From: a virus
Lineage: Duplodnaviria; Caudoviricetes
IMG/VR virus record: IMGVR_UViG_2899924645_000001
Coordinates: 1 to 64,000 of that record
DNA: 64,000 nucleotides
Reading direction: 5' to 3' (one strand)
Made by a program: the position numbers and the translations under genes. Below the pieces are notes generated by a model that had not been told where the DNA came from, did no database searches, and worked only from the letters and a program-made list of their open reading frames with translations. Shown here piece by piece: positions 9,045 through 18,798 of the stretch (position 1 is its first letter; each line of letters starts with the position of its first letter).

Positions 9045-9656
9045 ATGCGAAGTGTTCTATTGACGCTGGCGTTCGCCTGCGGCTTGTCTATGCCTGCTGG
9101 CCCTTTGCTGGCTCAGGTGTCGACGCTGGGTAAGGCGGCGATGCCTCCGGTATTCGCGGACGCGAAAACGGCCTTCGACGCGCTGGGCGACTACAGCCCG
9201 GAGTTAGGACAGGTGAAGATCCTGAAGCCTTCGCCGCTGCATGTGCAGATCAAAGCTGAGGTGGAGGCCGCAACCGTTCGTATTTCACCATCCGTGATGG
9301 TGGAGCAAACGGCCGAGGTGCTGGCCTATGGACTCTTCCGCATGTTCATTCACACGAAGGCTAATGAAGTGACCGTCACGGCCCTGCCCGTGCTGCAGAC
9401 GTTCAGTGACAAAGGGTCAACTGAGAAGGTGCTGAAGGACAAGTCGGTTCAAGTCCGCATGACACGAGCCCAGGCCGAGCAGATCGCACGCAACGTGGTC
9501 GGCGTGCAGAACCTCAACGACTTGGTGGCGAAAGAGCTGGTGGGCTGGGGTTGGTCAAAACCGATGCAGATGACCCTTGGTCAGGGGCGGGGCAGCAAGG
9601 GTGTGGACCCCACCTTTCTCAAGGCTCTCGGCCTGCAGGTCAATTCGCCTAAGTGA
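9045..9656 (+). CDS. Exported hypothetical protein (cargo)
   Basis: Signal-peptide-like N-terminus MRSVLLTLAFACGLSMPAGPLLA; co-oriented with repressor. Confidence 0.6.
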   Translation: MRSVLLTLAFACGLSMPAGPLLAQVSTLGKAAMPPVFADAKTAFDALGDYSPELGQVKILKPSPLHVQIKAEVEAATVRISPSVMVEQTAEVLAYGLFRMFIHTKANEVTVTALPVLQTFSDKGSTEKVLKDKSVQVRMTRAQAEQIARNVVGVQNLNDLVAKELVGWGWSKPMQMTLGQGRGSKGVDPTFLKALGLQVNSPK

Positions 9657-9775
9657 TTCGGTGCGCTTCAAGTCTCGCGTGAAAGTGGGAGCCCTCAATG
9701 GATGCCCTAATTAACGCAACATAGGAGCTCGGATTTGCGGGAACATTGTGTTGTGGCGTTTAGCAGGAAGAGTGC

Positions 9776-10720
9776 ATGTCAGAACCCCAAGTAGCAAGAG
9801 ATAACTCAGGCGTTGCGCCGACTAGGGCTGCAATTCGGCATGGCCAATTTCGCCTCATTGAGTTCTACCTCTGGGTGCTCATCGCTGGCGTTTGCCTTAT
9901 TCGAGTGCTTATTGCAGCAGCTGCGCGCGAATCAGCCCAATCCTTGATTCGCGACTACTACGGCGATCTGCTGCTCAGCTTTTTTGTAGTGATGTTCCCG
10001 ATAGTCTTCCTGCTCGTTTTCGGTTCATTGCCTCTTGAAGCTCTGCGACGCCGCCGATATGAGGGCGCGTCAGTCGGGCTGGAAACGGATGCATCTAAGA
10101 ATGTCGTCGGCGCGGTCCAACCTCATCAGTATCCCCCCGCCCCGAACTTATCGCAGGTCGTGCCACCGGCTCTCACCGGTCAAGAGGTCATCTCGACTCC
10201 GCCGTCGCTCACAGCGGATACGTTGGTTTTAGGTCTCGCCAGAAGTTCGAAGAACTTGGCGGATGGCATATATCGCCGATCTGGTGTTTACCTTCTTGTT
10301 GGCGTAATGGTGGCCTTTTCTGGCCTCGCCTTCTTCTATCTACAGACCAGCAGTACTTTCAACACGACCGACTTAACTGGTTTGCTCGTGTCTTTGGCTC
10401 CCAAGTTCGGCATTCTTTTCTTCATTGAGTTCGTAGCCTTCTTCTTTTTGAAGCAGTATCGGACATCCATGGAAGAATTTCGATACTACGAGGCGATCAA
10501 GCGCCACCGCGAAGAGATCCTGGTTCTGCTGAAGGTTGGGGACGAGCAGAGCAAGCCGATCGATGCGTTCGAGTTGGTAAGGCTGGGGCAGTTCTTTTCG
10601 ATAGCTGGCCGTCTCCAGAAAGAAGAAAGTACCGAAATTTTAGAAGCGCGAAAGCTTGAGAAGAATGAAACGGCTGTGCTGGAGAGAGCAATAGATGCTA
10701 TTGCTCAGATTCGCAAGTAG
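9776..10720 (+). CDS. Multi-pass membrane hypothetical protein (cargo)
   Basis: Four hydrophobic segments in two pairs; AT-richer than phage core. Confidence 0.7.
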   Translation: MSEPQVARDNSGVAPTRAAIRHGQFRLIEFYLWVLIAGVCLIRVLIAAAARESAQSLIRDYYGDLLLSFFVVMFPIVFLLVFGSLPLEALRRRRYEGASVGLETDASKNVVGAVQPHQYPPAPNLSQVVPPALTGQEVISTPPSLTADTLVLGLARSSKNLADGIYRRSGVYLLVGVMVAFSGLAFFYLQTSSTFNTTDLTGLLVSLAPKFGILFFIEFVAFFFLKQYRTSMEEFRYYEAIKRHREEILVLLKVGDEQSKPIDAFELVRLGQFFSIAGRLQKEESTEILEARKLEKNETAVLERAIDAIAQIRK

Positions 10721-10722
10721 CG

Positions 10723-10791
10723 CCCTAACTAATGCTTGCAGCTGACCGCCTCTGGCAGCTACCAATCTCAATCGCTGAGCAACTGTTATCG
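10723..10791 (+). other. Degenerate attC-like (integron cassette) site
   Basis: CCCTAAC 3 nt after the stop, TTGCAGC..GCTGAGC inner boxes, GTTATCG end; imperfect pairing. Confidence 0.3.
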
Positions 10792-10910
10792 ACAGTTGGC
10801 TAATACGATTCGGGCCGCTACGTCTGTTCAGCTGGCACGAGCCTCGGACCACTTCGCCGCAAGAGCAGACTTTTCAGCCGCCTCCGCATCCGCAGCACAA
10901 AGATCTCTCT

Positions 10911-11900
10911 ATGACCGAAATGAGCCTTACTGATCTTCTGGACCCTCCATCCACTGCGGATAACCGATGGTTTCAACAGCGCGGTAGGACCTTCGAGCGA
11001 ATCCTTGTGAATCTGCTTGAACGAGAGCATATGGAACCACAAGCCAGCATGCGCCCTAGCGGAGAAGAAATTGATGGCTCGTTTGCTATGGGTGACCGCT
11101 TCTTTCTCCTTGAGGCTAAGTGGCTTGCAAGTCCGGTTCCGGCATCCGCTCTGTATGCGTTCAAGGGCAAAGTTGATGGAAAGTTGGTTGGCACAATCGG
11201 AGCGTTCTTCTCCATGTCCGACTACAGCACTGACGCCGTAGACGCCCTTCTCTCAGGCAAAGAGTTGAATCTCATCTTATTCGGGCGAAAGGACTTACTC
11301 TTGATCGAACAGGGAATGATGTCCATAGCGGAGGCAGTGCGTGCAAAACTGCGTTATGCAGCAGAGTACGGGCAGCCATTCCTTTCTTTGGAATCACATC
11401 CCTCAGTTCATGTTAAAAAAGACCATGCAGCGCCCTTTTTCGAGCCTATCCAAGAGTGGGTCGTCGTGGTCGAAGGCACGGATGATGTGCAACCCATCGA
11501 ACTACTGATTGAACGTTTTAAAACCCAGGCCAAAGTGACCGTTTTCCCGGCTGGAGGTCAACTCTCTGTTGCTTCGTTGGTCCAACACTTGAAAAACATG
11601 GGTGGACAGAATGTTGCGGCAATCGTCACGCCAATCGCTGACGCAGACCTTCAAAGAGAAATTCTCAATGAGCTCAAGGCCAGCAACGCCGAGGTCATTG
11701 CTTTGCGCCAGCCGTTGGAGGACTGGCTCGGCAACTACGTGTCGGTCGATTACTACAACACGACCATGATGCTGACGAATCGCAACGGGAAGAATGCACG
11801 GCGTTACGCGCGCAATCTGGAGCTAGAGAAAATTCTTAAAGCGAACCCATCATTCTCAGCATTTATCACCAAGTTGGAGAGGGCCCCTAAGCGCGCATGA
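10911..11900 (+). CDS. Mrr-like PD-(D/E)XK restriction endonuclease fused to a TOPRIM-like domain
   Basis: EIDG..LLEAKW nuclease core; C-terminal VVVVEGTDD..VFPAGG TOPRIM-like motif. Confidence 0.7.
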   Translation: MTEMSLTDLLDPPSTADNRWFQQRGRTFERILVNLLEREHMEPQASMRPSGEEIDGSFAMGDRFFLLEAKWLASPVPASALYAFKGKVDGKLVGTIGAFFSMSDYSTDAVDALLSGKELNLILFGRKDLLLIEQGMMSIAEAVRAKLRYAAEYGQPFLSLESHPSVHVKKDHAAPFFEPIQEWVVVVEGTDDVQPIELLIERFKTQAKVTVFPAGGQLSVASLVQHLKNMGGQNVAAIVTPIADADLQREILNELKASNAEVIALRQPLEDWLGNYVSVDYYNTTMMLTNRNGKNARRYARNLELEKILKANPSFSAFITKLERAPKRA

Positions 11901-12133
11901 GCAGACTACACGGTTCGATTTGAGAGCACTAACTTTGTAGTAGAACAGGAGCCATGCCAGCGTCAGATAGCATTAGCGCAGCACATGCTCGAAGTGACCC
12001 AGTGCCTGTGCAGAGTTCTGAGTGACCAGTCTGCATGAAATCGTGGATCGCTGTTGAATAAGCAAGTGACCGGCGTTGATCGACTGAGGCTGTTGGTGGC
12101 ATTCTCCCTAGCGCGTTGCATTAAGATGAACTG

Positions 12134-13297
12134 TCAATCGTCTACGCTCGCGCCTTCCTGGCCTTCCACTCCCTGGGCCTGCTCGGTCTCCAGCGTGAGC
12201 TGGCTCGTATAGCCGCTGCCGTCGAGCGTGTGGCGCACGCTGGTGATGATCCATGGCGTCTCGTCGATCTGCCGTTTGAACCCTACCACGCGTGCCGGTC
12301 GCTGGGGCGTAATGTCGGCGCGGCCGTAGGCTAAGGTGATCTCGAAGTCGAAGATCCCGCGCTGAATGCGCAGCCATTCGGCGCGAGCTGCGGCCAGCGC
12401 ATCAGCTTCGCTCGCGAAGGTGGTGCGCAGCTCCTTCGCGCGACCACTAAGCCCGGCGATGACGCTGCTGCGTCGCCCGGTCTTGATGTTGTTCCACCAA
12501 GCCTTCACACCGCTGTACGCATCGCGGTCGGCACGGCTCCAGCGGTGCCTGTCGCCGTCTTGCCGCGTGATGACTACCGGCGGCAGCACCTTGCCACTTG
12601 GTGTGCGCGCGGCGCGCGCCTGGCTGAACAGGAGCTTGCCTTTCTTCACGGTGCACAGGCAGTCGTAGGTCTGCGCGAGCCGGCGGAGAAAAGACGCGTC
12701 CGATTCGCCGAGCTGGTCCGCGTGCTTGACCTTGCGCGATGCGATTTCCTTGGCGACGACGGCCTCGATTCGGTTGCGCTTGGCCACGCTGTTGACGATG
12801 ACGCCGACGGTGGTCTTGTGCCACGACTCATCGCGCAGCGTTCGCAGGCTGTCGAGCAGGTTGGCGGCGCGTGCGCGGATGGTGATCTCGTCGGGCGTGC
12901 CGGCGTATTCGACCGCCTGCACGGTGTAGGCGCCTTTCTCCACCAGGCCGACGGGGAAGCCCATTTCTTCGGTGGTGAGCTGGCGGTATGGCGCGGCGTT
13001 GAGCTCGGCAAGCCAGCCGATGGCCACTTCGACGGTGTCACCGGTGTCCGGCAGCTCTACGGCGCCGTCGTGGTCGCTCACGACGAGCTCCACCTCGTCG
13101 GCATCGTTCTGCCGGTCATCGGTGATGGTGAGGCGCACGAAGCGCGGCAGGATGCGATCGGAGACGTTCACGCCGTTGACGGTGATGCGCCAGATGGGCG
13201 TGAGGTGCGCCGCGGCGCGCCGGGCGTCGCGTCTGCAGCTGTTGGCGCTGACGTTGACGGTCGGCAGCGTGGCGGTGATGGCGTCTACGTCGGTCAT
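12134..13297 (-). CDS. D: P2 gpD-like late control/baseplate hub protein
   Basis: ITDDRQNDADEVEL, ESDASFLRRLA; start MTDVD at 13297. Confidence 0.9.
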   Translation of the reverse strand: MTDVDAITATLPTVNVSANSCRRDARRAAAHLTPIWRITVNGVNVSDRILPRFVRLTITDDRQNDADEVELVVSDHDGAVELPDTGDTVEVAIGWLAELNAAPYRQLTTEEMGFPVGLVEKGAYTVQAVEYAGTPDEITIRARAANLLDSLRTLRDESWHKTTVGVIVNSVAKRNRIEAVVAKEIASRKVKHADQLGESDASFLRRLAQTYDCLCTVKKGKLLFSQARAARTPSGKVLPPVVITRQDGDRHRWSRADRDAYSGVKAWWNNIKTGRRSSVIAGLSGRAKELRTTFASEADALAAARAEWLRIQRGIFDFEITLAYGRADITPQRPARVVGFKRQIDETPWIITSVRHTLDGSGYTSQLTLETEQAQGVEGQEGASVDD

Positions 13298-13304
13298 GGT
13301 CTGT

Positions 13305-13796
13305 TCACACCACGCTGGCGCCCACGCCCAGTGACAGGCCCGTGTTGTCCGCCGCGTCCTGAAGCAGGGCGCCCAAGTCGCCCATGCTGTCGGCGATGAG
13401 CTGCTCGGCGACTTCCTGCGCATCTTGGTCGACGCGCTGCAGCGTGAGGGTGAACTCGATGCGGCGCGCTTCGCCAGTCTCGAAGAAGAGGGTTCGGGTT
13501 TCCTGCAACTCGGTGATGACGAAGGCGCCGTAGATGGTGCCGGTGCCTTCCACCAGCACCCATGCGGCGCCCTGGTCGGCCATGAGTCGCAGCACCGACA
13601 GGCTGGCCGCGGTGCCCGCGAACTCGGGCACCACGATGCCATTGAGCGTGATGATGTCGTCACCCGGCCCCAGGTACTGCGAGGCGTTGCGCGCGCCCAC
13701 GAGCGGCTGCGAGGCGTGCTTCCAGCTGCTGCGCCGCTGAAGCTCTTGGTAGCTCAACGTGTCGAGCATGAAGACGAAGAGGCCGAGGCAAAGCAT
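13305..13796 (-). CDS. U: P2 gpU tail protein
   Basis: MLCLGLFVF..YQELQRRSSWKH..QYLGPG. Confidence 0.9.
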   Translation of the reverse strand: MLCLGLFVFMLDTLSYQELQRRSSWKHASQPLVGARNASQYLGPGDDIITLNGIVVPEFAGTAASLSVLRLMADQGAAWVLVEGTGTIYGAFVITELQETRTLFFETGEARRIEFTLTLQRVDQDAQEVAEQLIADSMGDLGALLQDAADNTGLSLGVGASVV

Positions 13797-13804
13797 GGCA
13801 GGTG

Positions 13805-16456
13805 TCAGTTGTCGTAGTCGATGAAGGCGCCGCGGGCGCGGGCACGCTTGTCGGCGTCTCGCTTGTCAAGTTCGGCACGGATGGCCCGGGCGAGCTGCGC
13901 GGCATCAGCGCCAGGTGCCGCGGTGATGTGGATGGTGATGGTGTCGCCCTGCACGACGACACCGCCGGCGGCCCGGCCGGAGGGCGCTACGGCGATCGGC
14001 GCGCGGGTGTCGAAGTTGCCGGGGGCACGGGGGAGCTCTGCCGCCATGGCGGGCATGGCCACAGCCGTGGCGCCGGCCAGACCGAGCGCCGCGGCGCGCA
14101 GCAGCGGCCGGGTGCGGTCGATGCCGATGGCGGCGCCTTCGACGATGTTCTCGCCGGCCTGCATGAACACGCGCGAGGGGCTGCGGATGCCGAGCTTTTC
14201 CCTGAACCATCCGACGGTGGAGTCGGCCGCGCCGTTGATGGCGTCCTGCACGGTGCCGAGCATGCTGGTGATGCCGCTCACCAAGCCCTGCATCATCTGC
14301 GCGCCGAAGGTCGTGAACTTGGCCGGCAGCTCGATGCCGAACCACTGCATGACGCCCGCGAAGGCCTGGTAGAACAGGCCGAGGGGCGACCAGTTGACGA
14401 TGGTCTGCGTAATGGTGGTCACCACGCCCGAGAAAGAGCCGCCGAGCTGGTCCCAGATGGTCTTCAGGCCGCCGACGATTCCGCTCCAGTTCCGATAGAT
14501 CAGGTAGGCCGCGCCGGCGAGTAGCGCGATGGCGATTCCCAAGGGGTTGGCCAGCAGCAGCAGGCCCACGCGCGCGACGGCCATGCCGACACTCAGGAAC
14601 GCCGACCCGAGGCGCACGAGCAGCCCGGCGCCGGAACTCAAGAGCGGGCCGACGCGAAGCATCTGGAAGCCGAAGAGGCCCAGGCCATAGCGCACCACGG
14701 CGAACGGCCCCAACAGTGCAGCCGCGCCCAGGCTCAGCGCGCCGAAGCCGGCAGCGAGCAGACCGACCCACAGCACGGCCTTGCCGATGTAGGAGGCGAG
14801 GACCGGGTTTTCCTGCGCGAACTGCGTGATGCGCTGCAGTGCGCTGCCCGCGGTGTTGAGCAGGCTGATGTAGGCCGGGAGCAGGGCGCGGCCGGCCTCC
14901 TGCATGGCGTCGTGGAAACGCGCCTGCGCTTCGAGTTCCTTCCCGCTCAGGCTGTCTCGCGCCCTGGCGTCCAGTTCGTCGATTCCGAAGGCGCCGGCGT
15001 TGAGCTTGGCGTTCTTGTGGATCTGGTCTCTCATCATGTACATCTGAGAGAACAGGCTCGATGCCGTGCGGTTGCTGAAGATGGAGCCGATGGCGTCGTT
15101 CACCTGGTCCTGGCTGGTGAGGCCCTTGGCGGCCAGCGCCGGCAGGAGCACCTTCTCCATCCATTCGAACTGGTTGGTGCGGAAGAGGTCGCTACCCTTC
15201 AGCGCGCCAGGGTCGAGGAACGAGACCTGCCCCGTCTTGTCGTGCTTCACCTTGGATGGGTCGCCGATCAGGTCGTACTTCATCAGGTTCTGCGCGGCGC
15301 GCTTGGTAGTGCGGCCCTGGTAGAGGTTCTGGTACGCGGACATGGTGGCCACGCCGGCGCTTGCGCCACCCATGATCTGCACGATGGGCTCAAGCTGGTA
15401 GTACATCGCCTCGCTGGAGAGGCCCTTGGCGGCAATGCCGCCGCGCTTGATGAAGTCCAGCCATTGCGTGGAGTCGACGCGGCCACCGGTGGCGGTGATG
15501 ACGCGTTGCACCATGTCGGCCTGCTGGGTGAACTCTTCCTTGCTGCTCAGGCCGTTGCGCGCCTCGATGACCTTGAGCATGTCCATGAACTTGCGTTCGT
15601 TCTCGGAGCCTTGTTCCTCGCCGAACATGGCCTTGTTCGCAAACTTCATCTTCGCCATGGCTGGCATCACCATTTCGGCGTGATGCACGTCGGCAAAGGC
15701 AGTGGTCGCGTCCAGCATCAACCCGAGGTTGTCGTTCATGCTGGTGCCGTAGGTCTTCATCCGCTTCGCGTAGTCGACGGCCTTGGTGGTCTCTTCCTTG
15801 CCGAGGCCCAGCGATTCGATGCGCGCAGTCGTGGTTTCGTATTCGCGAATCTGGTGCAGCGGCTCGGTGACGGCGCGGCGGATGCCGTAGGCGGTGCCGA
15901 TGCCGGCGGCGCCGGCCATGGCTAGGTGCCCGGCCGTGGCGCGGGTGCCGTTGAAGCTCTTCTGTAGCTGCGCCTTCCGGTTGCCGGCGTTGGCCAGCGC
16001 TTCGAGGCGAGCTTTCTGCTGGGCAATGGCGCTGTTCGTCGATGCGATGTCCCCCTGCAGGCGGTGCTGGTCCGCCGAGAGCTTGCCGATGCCGCTGGCG
16101 GTGGCCGCGGTGCGCAGCTGCACGAGGGCATGGCGCTGCTTGTCGTAGGCGGCCGTCGCGCGGTCGACCTGGCCCTGCAGTGCGCGCGCCTGGTCGCTGT
16201 TCGCGCCGTAGGTGCGGGTGACGCTGTCGAGGTTGGCGCGCAGCACCTTGAGGCTGTTGCCCTGCTTGGCCAGCTCGGCCTGGTACTTCCGGATGGCGTT
16301 GACCTGGCCGAGCTGGCCGTTCAGCAGCTTGAGGGCGTCGCGCGACTGTTTCAGGCTCGCGGCCGTGGCTTTGCTCTGCGCGTCGAGCGGCTTGAGTTCG
16401 TTGACCGCCTTGGCCGCGCCGGCCAGGATCAGCTTGAGGGTTAGCGCGGTGGCCAT
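13805..16456 (-). CDS. T: Tail tape measure protein
   Basis: 883 aa, Ala/Gly-rich, downstream of E/E'. Confidence 0.9.
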   Translation of the reverse strand: MATALTLKLILAGAAKAVNELKPLDAQSKATAASLKQSRDALKLLNGQLGQVNAIRKYQAELAKQGNSLKVLRANLDSVTRTYGANSDQARALQGQVDRATAAYDKQRHALVQLRTAATASGIGKLSADQHRLQGDIASTNSAIAQQKARLEALANAGNRKAQLQKSFNGTRATAGHLAMAGAAGIGTAYGIRRAVTEPLHQIREYETTTARIESLGLGKEETTKAVDYAKRMKTYGTSMNDNLGLMLDATTAFADVHHAEMVMPAMAKMKFANKAMFGEEQGSENERKFMDMLKVIEARNGLSSKEEFTQQADMVQRVITATGGRVDSTQWLDFIKRGGIAAKGLSSEAMYYQLEPIVQIMGGASAGVATMSAYQNLYQGRTTKRAAQNLMKYDLIGDPSKVKHDKTGQVSFLDPGALKGSDLFRTNQFEWMEKVLLPALAAKGLTSQDQVNDAIGSIFSNRTASSLFSQMYMMRDQIHKNAKLNAGAFGIDELDARARDSLSGKELEAQARFHDAMQEAGRALLPAYISLLNTAGSALQRITQFAQENPVLASYIGKAVLWVGLLAAGFGALSLGAAALLGPFAVVRYGLGLFGFQMLRVGPLLSSGAGLLVRLGSAFLSVGMAVARVGLLLLANPLGIAIALLAGAAYLIYRNWSGIVGGLKTIWDQLGGSFSGVVTTITQTIVNWSPLGLFYQAFAGVMQWFGIELPAKFTTFGAQMMQGLVSGITSMLGTVQDAINGAADSTVGWFREKLGIRSPSRVFMQAGENIVEGAAIGIDRTRPLLRAAALGLAGATAVAMPAMAAELPRAPGNFDTRAPIAVAPSGRAAGGVVVQGDTITIHITAAPGADAAQLARAIRAELDKRDADKRARARGAFIDYDN

Positions 16457-16477
16457 GGTGGTTCGAAGGGGTTGCGG

Positions 16478-16606
16478 TCAGTCGTCGTCGTGCTTGCTCG
16501 GGGCGTAGCGCTTGCGGGCGGCCTCGCGCCAATCCATCAGTTCGGCCAGGGGGAGGCCGTCCATGTCCTGGGGGCGCCAGTGGAAGACGAGCGCCAGATC
16601 CGCCAT
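16478..16606 (-). CDS. E': gpE' C-terminal extension of the tail chaperone (-1 frame)
   Basis: MADLALVFHWRPQDMDGLPLAELMDWRE; in the -1 frame relative to E. Confidence 0.85.
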   Translation of the reverse strand: MADLALVFHWRPQDMDGLPLAELMDWREAARKRYAPSKHDDD

Positions 16607-16614
16607 GGCGTCCT

Positions 16615-16950
16615 CTACGCGCTCTGCAAGACCGCGTCCCGAACCGCTTTCTTCAACAAAAAACTGATAACGACGCCTCCCGCTTCGGACAGGTCCGCGG
16701 GGTCGAGCTGCGCGCACTCGGGCGGCGTGAGGCTGGGCGAGGTGATCCGCGGCAGCAGCTTGAGCAGTTCGTCGGCGTCGGCGGCGTGCAGCCGCTGCAG
16801 CGAGAGGCCGCGCAGCTCGCCGGCGTTGGGCTTGCGCAGGACGATCTCGGCGATGGTGGTGGCGCCGCGCTGGATGGGCGTGTCGAGGGTGATGGTGTTG
16901 GGCACGCTGGGCGCAATGGTGGCGGTGGGCTGTTGGGCGTCGTCGTTCAT
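16615..16950 (-). CDS. E: Tail assembly chaperone gpE
   Basis: ITLDTPIQRG..LRKPNAGELRGLSL..LDPADL. Confidence 0.9.
   Translation of the reverse strand: MNDDAQQPTATIAPSVPNTITLDTPIQRGATTIAEIVLRKPNAGELRGLSLQRLHAADADELLKLLPRITSPSLTPPECAQLDPADLSEAGGVVISFLLKKAVRDAVLQSA
16657..16663 (-). other. -1 programmed frameshift site TTTTTTG
   Basis: Minus strand AGT TTT TTG near the end of E, identical to the P2 slippery site; -1 frame is open into E'. Confidence 0.85.
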
Positions 16951-17003
16951 GGTGGTGGCTCGGTTCGAATGGGAAGGGCAGGGGGCGAGGTTGCGGCCTG
17001 GCG

Positions 17004-17528
17004 TCAGTTGACGCCAAAGGCCATGCCGATGGCCGCGCGGATGGCGTCGTACTGGTCGGTGCCGCCGACGCGGAACACCATGCCGGGCACGTCGATCTCC
17101 AGCAGCTCCTGGGCATTGACGGTGAGCTTGTAGTAGCTCGCGGCGATGGTGAACTCATGGTCGTTGTCTTCGCCGGCCTTGGCCTCGTTCGGGTTCCACT
17201 CGCGCAGGCGGCCGCGAATGACGACTTCGGCGGCGGTCACCTGGCCGGTGGCTTCGTCCTGATAGGCGCCGGCGAAACGGAAGATGTTGGCGCCGACGGT
17301 TTGCGAGCCCAGCATCGCGATGAGCTGGGTCTTCAGGCCGCCGGCCTTGATGCCCAGCTCGAGCTTTTCGTGGCCGAGGTCGATCTCGACCGGGCCGTGC
17401 ATGCCGCCGGCGCGGTATTCCTCGGTCTTCTTCGTGATCTTGGGAAGGGTGACGCTGGGGATCTCGCCGACCCAGCTTTCGCCGTCGCCGAACATGGCGA
17501 AGTTCTTGAGTTTCTTGGGCAGTGCCAT
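17004..17528 (-). CDS. FII: Major tail tube protein
   Basis: MALPKKLKNF..EEYRAGGM. Confidence 0.93.
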   Translation of the reverse strand: MALPKKLKNFAMFGDGESWVGEIPSVTLPKITKKTEEYRAGGMHGPVEIDLGHEKLELGIKAGGLKTQLIAMLGSQTVGANIFRFAGAYQDEATGQVTAAEVVIRGRLREWNPNEAKAGEDNDHEFTIAASYYKLTVNAQELLEIDVPGMVFRVGGTDQYDAIRAAIGMAFGVN

Positions 17529-17564
17529 GGTGGTGCGCTCCTATGCGTGATGGGTTGACGCCGG

Positions 17565-18761
17565 TCAGGCGGCCTGCACGGCCGCGGCGAAGTTGGCGAG
17601 AAAGTCGTCGGTGATGGTCTGGCGGAAGCCCAGGTCTTCGAGCGGCGGCACCGGTGTGTAGCGGTAGCTGATGCGCAGGCGGCCGACGAAGAGCTCTTCT
17701 TTCGGGTTGAGGTCGGGATTGATGAAGGCCTCGAAGCCGATCAGGTAGCCGCCCGTCACGAGGTCTTTGCCCTTGGCGTTGATGTTTTCGAGCATGTCCT
17801 TCACGAGCGTGGGATGCATGGGCTTGTCCACGAACGTGAAATGCGCCTCGGCCATCGTGTCTGCCAGCACCTGGGCGGTGCGGGTGTAGTTCTCGAAGAA
17901 GAACTTTCCGCCCTGGGCTTCGGTGGTGCGGTTGCCCCAGAAGCGGTAGCCGCTGCGGTTGATGATGGTCGTGACTTCGAGCGCGTTGAGGTAGGTCGTG
18001 TCGCTGCTCGGGCTCTGCAGGTCGAAGAACACGTCCGCGCTGATGCCCTGGGGACCGTTGACCACGATGTTCGACAGGGTCTTGTGCCAGCCGATCTGCT
18101 GGTCGAGCTTGGCGCGCAGGCCGAGGGCATAGCCGATGGCCGGCACCGTCTCGACGTCGTTGGCGACGGTGTCCCACGCGAGGAAGCTGGGCCAGATGAC
18201 CATCAGCTCGCGCTTTCCGAACTTGGCGCGATACGTGGTGGCCTCCTCTTTCGTGGTGGCGTAGGCCATACCGTCGGCCTTGCGCGCCGCGATGTAGCCG
18301 AAGCCACGCAGCGCCTCGGCGACGACGCCGATCTCGACCGCGACGGCCTCGGTGTCCAGGCCAGGCGCGCCGATGATGCGCGGTTTGTAGCCGAGCTGGC
18401 CCTGGGCGGCCAGCAGCGCCTGCAGGCCGGTCTTCTGGCCGGTCGCCGTGGTGGTGCCGATGACGTTGCTGGTGGTGGCGGCGGCGTCGGCGCCGGGCTC
18501 GACGCGAACCACGATGGTGACGGCCTGCGCCTGCTGGCTGATTGCCTTCAGCGCCTTCGCCAGCGTGCCGGTCGCGCCCGCCTTGCCGACGCTGCCGCCG
18601 GGGTTGGTGAGCAACACCGGGGTGTTGAGCGGGAAGGCCGTTGCGTCGGCCTGCGGCGCGGTGGCCACGATGCCGATGATGGCCGTGCTGACGACGCGGA
18701 TGGTCGCGCCGCCTTCCTCGACTTCGAAGACGCGTACGCCGTGGTGGTATTCGGTGGACAT
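17565..18761 (-). CDS. FI: Tail sheath protein
   Basis: YHHGVRV..STAIIG..GYRFWGNRT. Confidence 0.95.
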   Translation of the reverse strand: MSTEYHHGVRVFEVEEGGATIRVVSTAIIGIVATAPQADATAFPLNTPVLLTNPGGSVGKAGATGTLAKALKAISQQAQAVTIVVRVEPGADAAATTSNVIGTTTATGQKTGLQALLAAQGQLGYKPRIIGAPGLDTEAVAVEIGVVAEALRGFGYIAARKADGMAYATTKEEATTYRAKFGKRELMVIWPSFLAWDTVANDVETVPAIGYALGLRAKLDQQIGWHKTLSNIVVNGPQGISADVFFDLQSPSSDTTYLNALEVTTIINRSGYRFWGNRTTEAQGGKFFFENYTRTAQVLADTMAEAHFTFVDKPMHPTLVKDMLENINAKGKDLVTGGYLIGFEAFINPDLNPKEELFVGRLRISYRYTPVPPLEDLGFRQTITDDFLANFAAAVQAA

Positions 18762-18798
18762 GGTGGAGTGCTCCTGTGGTGATTCGGGTTGCCTGCGG

